DNA from: Nitrospirota bacterium
GTDB taxonomy: Bacteria; Nitrospirota; UBA9217
Direction of reading: 5' to 3'
DNA: 32,765 nucleotides
NCBI GenBank assembly: GCA_035291685.1
Contig: DATDRO010000293.1
Span: 1-32,765, forward strand
Within the stretch, counting starts at the first letter, position 1. Every line of letters starts with the position of its first letter. A program made the translations under genes and the position numbers. Positions 24,706 through 32,765 of this stretch are shown here, in pieces. The notes under the pieces were generated by a model that made no database searches, was not told the DNA's origin, and saw nothing but the letters and a program-made list of their open reading frames with translations.

Positions 24706-26991
24706 CTACACGAACCGTACCGCCTTCACCGCCTTGAACCCTACGGCGCCGCGTTTCATGACGCCGTAGTCCTTGAGGTCTATGACCTTCTCTCTGTCCT
24801 TCTCGTCGATCACCTTCACCTGCTCGCCTTTGCGCACGACCCTGAAGAGCGCGATCTCGCCGTTCCTCACGTTCACGAGCTTCACGCCCTTGCCCGCGCC
24901 GCTCAGGAGGGGAACGTCCTTCGCTGCGATGACGACGGCCTTGCCCTCGGAGGTGAGGAACAGGACGTGGGTGAGGTCGATGATATCCACACCCATGATA
25001 CTGTCTCCGGGTTTCAGGCCCGCGAATTTTTTCCCCGCCCGCGTGGTAACGGTATTGAACATCGACAGGTCGAACTTGAACCCGACGCCCCTGGCAGAGA
25101 CAGAGATCCCCATTATGGTCGCAGGTTTCCCTGCTGCTTCTTTTTTCTTCCCCTTCTTTTTCTCCTTTTCCTCTTCTTCGACGAGAGGGGCCGCTGCTGC
25201 ACCCGACAGCAGCGTTGTCAGGTTCATGGCGGTCACCGGCCGTTCGCCGTCGCCGAATTTGAACAGATGCTGCACCGGCTCGCCGAAGCCGGAGCCGGCG
25301 GGCAGATCATAGGCCTTGATCACATAGGCCTTGCCTGCGGACGAGAAGATGGCGATGTTGTCCCTGGTATTTGCCGGGATGAGCGCAAGGAGCGTGTCTC
25401 CCTCCTTGAACCGAAGGTTCTCCCCCACGGTCTTGGCGCGCCTGATCCATCCCATCTTCGTCAGGATCACGGTCACGTCCTCGTGGACGATGAAGTCCTC
25501 CTGCGTGAACTCCATCTCTTCCACCGCCTTGATGACGGACTTGCGCTTGTCGCCATATTTCTCCTTGATCTCGAGAAGCTCTGTTTTTATCAGGACCCAG
25601 ATCTTTTTCTGGTTCGCGAGGATGGCCTCGATCTCTTTTTTCTGCTTTGACTTCTCGGCCTTTTCTTTGAGTATCCGTTCGATCTCAAGGCCGACGAGCT
25701 TGTAGAGCTGCATCTCCAGGATGGCCCTTGTCTGTTCGTCGTCAAGCTTGAAGTGCTTCTTGAGTTTTCCCGCCGCTTCCTCGCGGGATTTTGCCTTGCG
25801 GATGATCTTGATGGCGGTGTCGAGGTTGTCGTAAAGCACCTCGAAGGCCTTGAGGAGATGGAGCCTGGCCTTGAGCAGTTTGAGGTCGTAATTGAGCCGC
25901 TTGGTCGTGACCTCGTACCGGAAGTCAAGGAAGTACTGAATTACCTCTTTAAGGGACAGCCGCTCGGGCTCCATGTTTGGCTTGAGGGCCGTGAAGTTAA
26001 TGGGGAAGGAAGCCTCGAGGTCCGTGTGCTTGAACACGTAGGCCATCACCAGCTCGGGATTCGCCTCGGCCTTTAGCTCCAGGACAAGCCTCACCTCGGC
26101 CGTTGACTCGTCGCGCACTGTTGATACCTGCGGGAGCTTGCGCTCTTCCACCAGGCCGATGATCTTCTCGAGCAGCTTCGCCTTGTTCACCTGGTACGGG
26201 ATGGACGTGATGACGACCGCCTGCTTTCCGCGGGGAAGGTCTTCCAGGGCGTACTCGCCGCGGATCCTGACGGCGCCGCTTCCGGTCTGATAGATCTCCT
26301 TGAGCTCTTTTTTCGAGTTCAGGATCTGGCCGCCCGTGGGGAAGTCGGGCCCCTTGATGAACTTGAGGAGGTCCTTGACTTCGATGTTGGGATTATCGAT
26401 CGCTGCCGCAAGGCCGTCGATCACTTCGGCGATGTTGTGCGGCGGAAAGGAGCAGCTCATGCCGACGGCGATTCCTGATGTGCCGTTCACCAGAAGCTGA
26501 GGGAAACGGGCGGGGAGTACGGCCGGTTCCTTGAGCGAGTTGTCGTAGTTCGGCCTGAACCCGACGGTCTCCTTGTCTATTTCAATGAGGAGCTCTTCCG
26601 CTATTTTTGAGAGCCTCGCCTCCGTGTAACGCATGGCTGCTGCCGGGTCTCCGTCGAGACTGCCGAAATTGCCCGAGCCCTCAACGAGCGGGTAGCGGAG
26701 GGAAAAATCCTGCGCCATTCTGACCATGGCATCGTAGGCGGCCTGGTCGCCGTGGGGATGAAATTTTCCGAGCACCTCACCCACGACCGCGGCGCTCTTC
26801 CGGAATTTTGCCGTGGGCCCGAGGCCCATCTCCCACATGGCGTAAAGAATGCGCCGGTGGACCGGCTTGAGCCCGTCCCGCACGTCGGGGAGCGAGCGCG
26901 ACACAATGGTCGAGAGCGCGTAGGTGAGAAACCGGTTCTCGACCTCCGAGTGCAGGGCGGTGGTTATGATAGAGTTTTCCTTTGTCGGCAT
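24706..26991 (-). CDS. parC: type IIA topoisomerase A subunit, ParC-type (topoisomerase IV subunit A-like)
   Basis: [19 protein letters not shown] and active-site [10 protein letters not shown]. At 761 aa it is shorter than GyrA. No GyrA box (QRRGGKG) was found. The segment MGWIRRAKT...LRFKEGD resembles E. coli ParC MGWVRSAKG...LNYKAGD. Confidence 0.82.
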   Translation of the reverse strand: MPTKENSIITTALHSEVENRFLTYALSTIVSRSLPDVRDGLKPVHRRILYAMWEMGLGPTAKFRKSAAVVGEVLGKFHPHGDQAAYDAMVRMAQDFSLRYPLVEGSGNFGSLDGDPAAAMRYTEARLSKIAEELLIEIDKETVGFRPNYDNSLKEPAVLPARFPQLLVNGTSGIAVGMSCSFPPHNIAEVIDGLAAAIDNPNIEVKDLLKFIKGPDFPTGGQILNSKKELKEIYQTGSGAVRIRGEYALEDLPRGKQAVVITSIPYQVNKAKLLEKIIGLVEERKLPQVSTVRDESTAEVRLVLELKAEANPELVMAYVFKHTDLEASFPINFTALKPNMEPERLSLKEVIQYFLDFRYEVTTKRLNYDLKLLKARLHLLKAFEVLYDNLDTAIKIIRKAKSREEAAGKLKKHFKLDDEQTRAILEMQLYKLVGLEIERILKEKAEKSKQKKEIEAILANQKKIWVLIKTELLEIKEKYGDKRKSVIKAVEEMEFTQEDFIVHEDVTVILTKMGWIRRAKTVGENLRFKEGDTLLALIPANTRDNIAIFSSAGKAYVIKAYDLPAGSGFGEPVQHLFKFGDGERPVTAMNLTTLLSGAAAAPLVEEEEKEKKKGKKKEAAGKPATIMGISVSARGVGFKFDLSMFNTVTTRAGKKFAGLKPGDSIMGVDIIDLTHVLFLTSEGKAVVIAAKDVPLLSGAGKGVKLVNVRNGEIALFRVVRKGEQVKVIDEKDREKVIDLKDYGVMKRGAVGFKAVKAVRFV

Positions 26992-27149
26992 GTAATACCC
27001 CTTTCTTTGGTCACGGGCCGCGGAACGTTATGAATCGAAAATGATGGAAAAAGCTTCTCCGGTTCGCGTCCCCGTTCGGTCGCTATTCTACCACAAACGG
27101 AACGCAATTTTCAAAGTGAGTTTTTTTAAAAGTCGTGTATAATAAGGGC

Positions 27150-27965
27150 ATGGTCGATATTCTCACCCATCAAGCGGAGTCCTACAGTCTTGAAACCTTC
27201 CACTGCGGGAACTGCGATCGGGATTTCCAGGCCAAGGTGATCACGTGGATCGACGTCTCCCGGGCGCCGCAGGCGCGGAAGGCGCTGCTCCGCTGGGAGT
27301 TCAATAATATTGAATGCGCCCACTGCGGGTGCCGCCACTTTGCCGGGGCCCCGTTTTTCTATGAGGATTTTGAAGAGGGGCTCCTTGTCGCCGTGTTCCC
27401 CCGGATACCGGAAAACCGCGCGAAGATCGAGGCGACCATAAAGGAAAAGTACGGCTACTACCCGGTGCTCGAGTATTTTTATGATATGACGCAGATATGG
27501 ATGCTGCTTTACTTCCAGGAACATTACAAGGCGAACAAAAATCTGCGCGCCCTCTCGAGGATCGGGAAAGGGGAGGACCGGCTGCGCAGGTTCCTTCAGT
27601 TCCTCAAAGAGGACCCGATGATGATCGACATACGAGAGAAGCTTACGGAATGTTTTTTTGGAGACGCCTCGGACGATGAGCTTATGGATATCCTGAACCA
27701 GGCAGTCTATACGCTGGAGGGAATGCTCCCCTGGCCGAAGGACAGGAGGTGCCTGTGCGGTGCGGACCTTTCGAAAGAGTTCAAATGCTGCGGCAAGCAG
27801 GTGGACATCGACAGCCACGACCATCTGCTCTCCCAACACTACATCATTTACTGTCCTCTCTGCAAAGAGTCGCTCGCGGGGGCATCGTGCGAGGCCTGCG
27901 GCCGGGTTTACACATGGAAGCTCGGCGCCGTGGAATCGTATGCAACAGCGAGTCAGGAGCGCTGA
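27150..27965 (+). CDS. CpXC domain-containing zinc-ribbon protein
   Basis: CGNC...(38 aa)...CAHCG with the intervening WIDVSRAP...ALL pattern typical of CpXC. Extra C-terminal Cys pairs are present (CLCG, CCG, CPLC, CEAC). The start is taken at ATG 27150 and is uncertain. Confidence 0.75.
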   Translation: MVDILTHQAESYSLETFHCGNCDRDFQAKVITWIDVSRAPQARKALLRWEFNNIECAHCGCRHFAGAPFFYEDFEEGLLVAVFPRIPENRAKIEATIKEKYGYYPVLEYFYDMTQIWMLLYFQEHYKANKNLRALSRIGKGEDRLRRFLQFLKEDPMMIDIREKLTECFFGDASDDELMDILNQAVYTLEGMLPWPKDRRCLCGADLSKEFKCCGKQVDIDSHDHLLSQHYIIYCPLCKESLAGASCEACGRVYTWKLGAVESYATASQER

Positions 27966-28154
27966 TGCCTGTGCGGTCGTCCCCGAAGGTCAATCCGTAC
28001 CCAGAGCGCGGCCCGGCACCGGTATGCGAATAAATACAACAGGTTGGTCTCTCCTTGAATAACCTCCTGCATTCTTTCCCGCTCTGTCCTTTTATGTTGT
28101 ACCGTGATTATGACATGAATTAACGTCACAAATGGAGGGATTCTACTCCAATAC

Positions 28155-28170
28155 GGGGTGATTTCACCCC
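28155..28170. promoter_or_regulatory. perfect inverted repeat, candidate activator (bEBP) site upstream of the sigma54 promoter
   Basis: GGGGTGA-tt-TCACCCC, centred about 70 nt upstream of the -24 element. Confidence 0.3.
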
Positions 28171-28231
28171 ACTATCATGACGCAGCTTCCCCCCTGTTTT
28201 TCAACTCATTATTAGATTGAGGAAAATTTTC

Positions 28232-28247
28232 TGGCACTCTGATTGCA
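28232..28247 (+). promoter_or_regulatory. sigma54 (RpoN) -24/-12 promoter
   Basis: cTGGCACtctgaTTGCAt compared with the consensus YTGGCACG-N4-TTGCW. All invariant positions and the spacing match. It lies about 300 nt upstream of ATG 28545. Confidence 0.6.
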
Positions 28248-28544
28248 TATTCTTATTCCGGCTAATAGTCTGCCGATGCTTCAGCATAATTATTATGAGC
28301 ACTCTTGTTGCCGAGGAATCCGCTTGACGCATTGTGCATTTTGTGATAATTTCGTGCCGTAATCAGCAGTCTGTTGAATTCATATCCTCTTGCCGGGTCC
28401 ACGATAAACAACGCATGGCAGGCATGACGGCAGGAGCGTGGATTGGGCGGGCAGCGTTTTAAAGGCCCTCGATGATCAGAGTTGATCCGGACGCTGATTT
28501 CCCCGCTTTTACCCAGCCTACATTTTTTGAACAACTAAGGAATC

Positions 28545-30632
28545 ATGGGTGCACATTCGGCTCCATTCCAGTCCGACGATATATCTCTACGCAAGGCAAG
28601 AGGGATTGTGCTTAACGCAAACAAGGCAGGCTATCTGCGAGACCTTTTCTCGAGGGAGAAATGGAAGGGTCAGTTAACGGCCCTTTCCGACACGACCGGG
28701 TTCACGCTCAGCCTTTATTCCGGAGAGGGGGGGGCCATCTTTTCCACGGCAGAACGGAACCCGCCGTGCCGGGGCCTGCTCTCATCTCCGTATTTTAAAT
28801 CACAATGCGAAACGTACTGCCGCGCCCCGCTGACGGACGTCATTCAGCAGGGAAAGCCGAAAATTTTCAAATGTTATGCGAAGATCGTGAGTTTCGCCCT
28901 GCCCATTGAATATATGAACGAGAAGGCGGCCATTCTGGGGCAGGGGTCCTTCGCCAACTACCAGGATTTTCGAGAATTCACCAGTTACCTGAGCGCCTCC
29001 GAGATGCAAGATCTTTCAGTAACAGCCCCGCTCAGTTTTACGAACGTCCGGCAGGCAAAGAATGCCTGCAGCCTCGTGGACAGCTCGTTCAGTCAGCTCC
29101 TGAAAAACACCCAGGAAACCATTACCCTGCAACAGAAGATAGACAGCCTGAAAAACCTTATCGGCAGATGGGGCGTTGATGCCCAGGACGAATTAGAGAC
29201 TTCCTACGAACACATGGCGGCCAATCTGCTCTCGCTGCTTGATGTTCACTCGATCACCATCCTTTCGCTCGACAAACTGCGGGGGGTCTATACACACCAT
29301 TACAGCCTGAAGAAGAACGGCGTCGCAACGGAGCTGTTCACGATCAGCGAGCAGGACAACATTGTTGCAGAGTTCAACAGGGGCAAACCGTTCATTGCCT
29401 CTTCGGAAGCTGTTCTCGCCTCCCGGCCGGATTTCCCGGCCGGCGTCAAGACCTTTTATTTATTTCCCATCATGGTCAACAAAAAGGTGGAGAGCATCCT
29501 CGGAATCTTTGACAATGTGCTCAAAGAGAGCGATATCTCTGTTGTCACCGCGTTCTGCAAGCAGACGGCGCTTTCCATAGAGAACCAGCGGCTGCATCGG
29601 GACCTCTACGATAAATTCGACCGGTTCGCCGCTGTTTCGGAGCTGACACAGTCAATAACCTCGATCCTGGATTATGAGACGCTGCTCAAGACGATCCTTG
29701 AAAAATCCGCCGAGCTGCTCAAGGCCGAACAGGGCTCTCTCATGCTTATCGACTATGAGACCAACGGGCTGCTCCTTGAGGCGAAGAAGGGCATGACCAA
29801 CGGCAGAACGGAAAAACTGAGAATTCGAAAGGGCGAGGGGATAGCCGGAAGGGTAGCGGAACTCGGGGAACCGTTCCTCGTCGAAAATGTCGAGATCGAC
29901 CCGAGGATCAAGCAAAAGAACCGGCTTCACTATAAGACATTGTCCTGTGTCAGCGTGCCGCTCAAGATAGAAGAACGCGTTATCGGCGTGCTTAACCTGT
30001 CGGACAAGATATCCGGAGAGGTTTTTGATGAAGAGGACCTGAAGCTCATTCAATCCTTTGCAACCCATGCCGCCATTGTTATGGAGAGAAATGTTCTGTA
30101 CAGTCAGACGGAGAAGCTTAAAAAGCTGTCGATAACGGATTCTCTCACCGGTTTGCTCAATCGAAGATACTTTCACGAGAGGCTGGAGGAAGAGGTCTCT
30201 CGTTCCGGGAGGCATGGCCGCAACCTGTCCCTTTTGATGCTCGATATAGACGGTTTTAAATATTATAATGACACCTTCGGGCACCGCATCGGCGACAAGG
30301 CGCTTAAGGTCATCTCCGATATCATATTAAATTCTGTGCGGTCAATTGATATCGTGGCCCGGTACGGGGGCGATGAATTCATGGTGATCCTGCCCGAAAC
30401 GGACAAGGCGCTGGCGATCCATATCGCCGAACGGCTGCGGACCGATGTGGCGAAGATCGTCCTGCCCACAAACAGCATGCCGGATGCGCCGCCGGTTGCC
30501 ATTACCCTGAGCATCGGGATGGTGTGCTATCCCGAGCACGGGGGAACGGCCGAGCTGCTCCTTGAGCATGTCGACAAGGCGCTCTACCTTGCGAAAAAGA
30601 GAGGGAAGAACAGGATCGAGGAGTTCTCCTAG
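28545..30632 (+). CDS. diguanylate cyclase with PocR-like, GAF, GAF and GGDEF domains
   Basis: C-terminal GGDEF domain (DSLTGLLNRRYF...RYGGDEFMVILPE) with I-site RSID five residues before GGDEF. A canonical GAF domain (LLKAEQGSLMLID...GEGIAGRVAELGEPFLVENV...VIGVLNLSDK) follows a more degenerate GAF. The N-terminal Cys-containing domain resembles PocR (tentative). Confidence 0.9.
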   Translation: MGAHSAPFQSDDISLRKARGIVLNANKAGYLRDLFSREKWKGQLTALSDTTGFTLSLYSGEGGAIFSTAERNPPCRGLLSSPYFKSQCETYCRAPLTDVIQQGKPKIFKCYAKIVSFALPIEYMNEKAAILGQGSFANYQDFREFTSYLSASEMQDLSVTAPLSFTNVRQAKNACSLVDSSFSQLLKNTQETITLQQKIDSLKNLIGRWGVDAQDELETSYEHMAANLLSLLDVHSITILSLDKLRGVYTHHYSLKKNGVATELFTISEQDNIVAEFNRGKPFIASSEAVLASRPDFPAGVKTFYLFPIMVNKKVESILGIFDNVLKESDISVVTAFCKQTALSIENQRLHRDLYDKFDRFAAVSELTQSITSILDYETLLKTILEKSAELLKAEQGSLMLIDYETNGLLLEAKKGMTNGRTEKLRIRKGEGIAGRVAELGEPFLVENVEIDPRIKQKNRLHYKTLSCVSVPLKIEERVIGVLNLSDKISGEVFDEEDLKLIQSFATHAAIVMERNVLYSQTEKLKKLSITDSLTGLLNRRYFHERLEEEVSRSGRHGRNLSLLMLDIDGFKYYNDTFGHRIGDKALKVISDIILNSVRSIDIVARYGGDEFMVILPETDKALAIHIAERLRTDVAKIVLPTNSMPDAPPVAITLSIGMVCYPEHGGTAELLLEHVDKALYLAKKRGKNRIEEFS

Positions 30633-30633
30633 C

Positions 30634-32316
30634 ATGTCATTCGGTACGCTCAACGAAAAAGATTTTTTCGGCAGAGGGGAAGAGCTGTCTGACCTGTACC
30701 GCCGGGCCCTCCAGGCTGAACAGGGCGCCGGACAGAGCGTCTTTCTGTCGGGCACCAGGGGCGTCGGCAAGACGGAACTCCTTAAACAGTTCTTCAGCCA
30801 TCTGTTCTGGAAACAGGACCGGGTGGTCCCTTTCTACTACTCGGTCAATAACGCGCTCCTTTCCGCGGAAGATTTTTCGAGGGACTATGTAACGCGTTAC
30901 ATCTGCCAGAGACTCGCTTTTGAAAAAAAGGAGCAGGCCCTTTTACATCTCGACGGATTATCGATCGAAGGGCTGTCTTCGCTCGTGGAAGGAAGCAGGG
31001 CCGCGTGGGCGCGCGATATCCTTGACCGATATGCCCGGAACTCCGGCAAGCCCGTCGATTCACTCCGCGTCGCGCTCGGCGCGCCGCACCAATCAAGCCT
31101 CTCGAGCGGAAATCCCGCGGTGGTCCTGATAGACGAGTTTCAAAAGCTGAAAAATCTCCATATCAGCGGCGCCGTTGACCCTCAACTGGTCTCGCTGTTC
31201 GAGGTCCCGCTCTCGTTCAAAGGGGCGCTGCACGTGATCACGGGAAATGAGGCCGAGATCGAGGAGATGCCCGTCTCAGGAGGTCTCTCGCGGGTAACGG
31301 TTCCTCCGCTCGGGTCCGAGGATGCCGCTCAGCAGTTTCTCTCGCTGCTCCGCGCATTCGGGATATCCGTGAATGCCGTGCCGGACGCGGTTGTTCAGCA
31401 TCTGGGGGGAAATCCGTTCTACCTGCGGTGCCTGGCGACGGCCGCGGGACTCAAGAAAAGCCGCGAAGAAAAAGAGTTCTGGCTTGCCTACCTCCAGGAA
31501 ATCACGAACGGGAATATGTATCTCTATTGGTCATCGGTCCTGAAGAACTTTTTTCCCGATATGGGCCTGAGGAGAAACGTTGTCGAAATAACGTACAAGA
31601 TGTTCCATACCCGGGAGTCATTGACCCAGGAGAAAATCACCGAGGCCTTTCCCGCGGGCGGTATGCATGCCGAGGCGATCGTTCGCGCCCTTCACCGCAC
31701 GGGTTTCATCCAGGGCGAGTTCGGGGTTTTCAGGGCGTCCGAGGACAAGGTGGTAACGGATTTTATCAACTGCCTGTACATGAGAGTGATCCTCGGGATG
31801 GCCCCGTATGACATCGAGAAGGGGTTCCTTGAACAGCAGTCGGGAGAGACGACCGAGAGAAGGACGGCGTTCGAAATGGTCCTGCCGATGACCAGAGAGG
31901 CGGAGCTTGTAGCCGCGCGGTGTCTCGAACAGATCGGCAAGAACCTGCGGATCCATGAAGAAGCGATCGGCCAGCTTCAGATAGCGGTCATCGAGGCCTG
32001 TATCAATGCCCTTGAGCACAGCAAGGGGGGGGAGAAGAAGATCTATTTGAGCTTTGACGTTGCGGAAGACCGCATGGAGGTTTCGATTGAAAGCTCCGGA
32101 CGGGAATTCGTGGTACAGGAGACGGGGGAACCCTTCATCGGGAAGAAACTCAGGGAAGATTTCGGGAGGGGATGGGGCGTAAAGCTCATGAAGCGTTTTA
32201 CGGATTCCGTACGATTCGAAAAGACCGGCCGCGGGACAAAAGTGATCCTGGTGAAGAACCTTCCGAAAACGGAAACGGCTGGTGTTTATAAGGAGGGCGG
32301 GGCAAACGGTGAGTAA
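30634..32316 (+). CDS. fusion protein: AAA+ ATPase (Arch_ATPase/AAA_16-like) plus RsbW/SpoIIAB-type serine kinase (HATPase_c_2) domain
   Basis: The N-terminus has FFGRGEELSDL...GTRGVGKTELL (Walker A, nt 30751-30774) and VVLIDEFQKL (Walker B). The C-terminus has N-box IAVIEACINALEHS, IESSGREF and GRGWGVKLMKRFTD. The ATG lies 1 nt after the cyclase stop, with GAGGAG upstream. Confidence 0.85.
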   Translation: MSFGTLNEKDFFGRGEELSDLYRRALQAEQGAGQSVFLSGTRGVGKTELLKQFFSHLFWKQDRVVPFYYSVNNALLSAEDFSRDYVTRYICQRLAFEKKEQALLHLDGLSIEGLSSLVEGSRAAWARDILDRYARNSGKPVDSLRVALGAPHQSSLSSGNPAVVLIDEFQKLKNLHISGAVDPQLVSLFEVPLSFKGALHVITGNEAEIEEMPVSGGLSRVTVPPLGSEDAAQQFLSLLRAFGISVNAVPDAVVQHLGGNPFYLRCLATAAGLKKSREEKEFWLAYLQEITNGNMYLYWSSVLKNFFPDMGLRRNVVEITYKMFHTRESLTQEKITEAFPAGGMHAEAIVRALHRTGFIQGEFGVFRASEDKVVTDFINCLYMRVILGMAPYDIEKGFLEQQSGETTERRTAFEMVLPMTREAELVAARCLEQIGKNLRIHEEAIGQLQIAVIEACINALEHSKGGEKKIYLSFDVAEDRMEVSIESSGREFVVQETGEPFIGKKLREDFGRGWGVKLMKRFTDSVRFEKTGRGTKVILVKNLPKTETAGVYKEGGANGE

Positions 32317-32662
32317 TTTTTCTCTTTCTTTCAAGACGGATCAGGATGTCGTGGTCATGGCCCCGAAGGGATATGTCAACGACCTCGGGGCCGTGAGCCT
32401 CGAACAGGCAAGCGAGCAGGTCCTCGACCATGGGCTCAAAAAACTTGTTGTAAACTTTTCGGATATGCAGTATATAAACAGCATCGGGGCCTCCGTTTTC
32501 ATCGGTATCGTCCAAAGGACCATTGAGAACGAAGGGCAGCTCTGTTTTACCAATATGAAAAAGGTCCATCAAGACGTCTTTGAGATGCTGGGCATTACAA
32601 AACACGTAAGGGTCTTTAAGGACGAACGGGACGCCCTCAGTTTTTTGAATGAGAATGGTTAA
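32309..32662 (+). CDS. STAS domain anti-sigma-factor antagonist (SpoIIAA/RsbV family)
   Basis: VVVMAPKGYVN......LVVNFSDMQYINSIGASVFIGI...FTNMKKVHQDVFEMLGITKHVRVF, with the conserved phosphorylatable Ser context (INSIG). The GTG start at 32309 overlaps the upstream stop by 8 nt. AAGGAGG lies at 32290-32296. Confidence 0.85.
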   Translation: MSNFSLSFKTDQDVVVMAPKGYVNDLGAVSLEQASEQVLDHGLKKLVVNFSDMQYINSIGASVFIGIVQRTIENEGQLCFTNMKKVHQDVFEMLGITKHVRVFKDERDALSFLNENG

Positions 32663-32765
32663 CTGCTCAGGTCAGCCGTTCGCTCAGTCGCTTAGCGTGC
32701 TATAAGTCCGTGAAATTCGAGAGGGTCGGAGTTTTTGTCCATAGCGCTTACATTGGTAAAGCATT

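Noticed and set aside
23664-25650. Long shadow ORFs 23664..24659 (-), 23582..24103 (-), 24691..25650 (+) and 24773..25312 (+).
   Set aside because: They are antisense to ftsH and the ParC-type gene respectively. Two of them cross the convergent bidirectional terminator.
27126-27839. 237-aa minus-strand ORF opposite the CpXC gene.
   Set aside because: The + strand frame carries the CpXC cysteine architecture and further Cys pairs. The minus frame has no recognisable features.
28262-28534. 90-aa minus-strand ORF in the leader of the cyclase gene.
   Set aside because: It depends on a TTG start only 10 nt from the divergent ATG 28545, has no SD and lies antisense to the predicted sigma54-driven leader. 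Its His/Cys/Arg-rich composition shows no pattern I recognise.
31618-32605. Minus-strand ORFs 31618..32334 and 32198..32605.
   Set aside because: They are antisense to the kinase-fusion and STAS genes, whose frames carry the diagnostic motifs.
1-32765. Looked for rRNA, tRNA, tmRNA, RNase P and SRP RNA signatures, CRISPR repeat arrays, transposase, integrase or reverse-transcriptase genes, and long terminal inverted repeats.
   Set aside because: I saw no conserved RNA motifs (for example GGTTCGAATCC-type T-arms, GAGGAAAGTCC or the SRP GGAAGCAGCC core). I also saw no regularly spaced repeats and no recombinase-like ORFs. The window looks like core chromosome rather than a mobile island. This was an eye scan only, so a cmscan or tRNAscan run would be definitive.

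Overview
This reads as a bacterial chromosomal window of mostly core or housekeeping genes, with AT-rich intergenic spacers. I support 27 protein-coding genes. I recognised no rRNA, tRNA, CRISPR array, transposase or integrase. Gene order, left to right: (1) ABC-F ATPase (+), NCS2 purine permease (+) and PEBP/YbhB (-). (2) A methyl-accepting chemotaxis protein (-), preceded by a 32-codon remnant of an ABC_sub_bind-type solute-binding gene. (3) A minus-strand pair: a citrate-synthase-family protein with substituted active-site motifs and a double flavodoxin-like (FMN-reductase-type) protein, behind a sigma54-like promoter. (4) TauE/SafE (-) and an intact orphan solute-binding protein (+). (5) A minus-strand run: DHS-like protein plus GmhA, rsmA, two Opp/Dpp-type permeases split by a 293-nt structured spacer, mnmA, a short ResB-like plus CcsA-family pair, and HU. 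(6) On the + strand: a stand-alone 41-codon gene with its own promoter, SD and terminator, an 86-aa ORF, two tandem Slp-family lipoproteins and ftsH. (7) A convergent ParC-type topoisomerase subunit (-) and a CpXC zinc-ribbon protein (+). (8) Behind a near-consensus sigma54 promoter, a translationally coupled three-gene signalling module: a PocR-GAF-GAF-GGDEF cyclase, an AAA+ ATPase fused to an RsbW/SpoIIAB-type kinase domain, and a STAS anti-sigma antagonist. No sigma factor is in view. That module is my best candidate for an undescribed system. All family calls come from motif recognition by eye and no searches were run. The taxon cannot be determined from the sequence alone.
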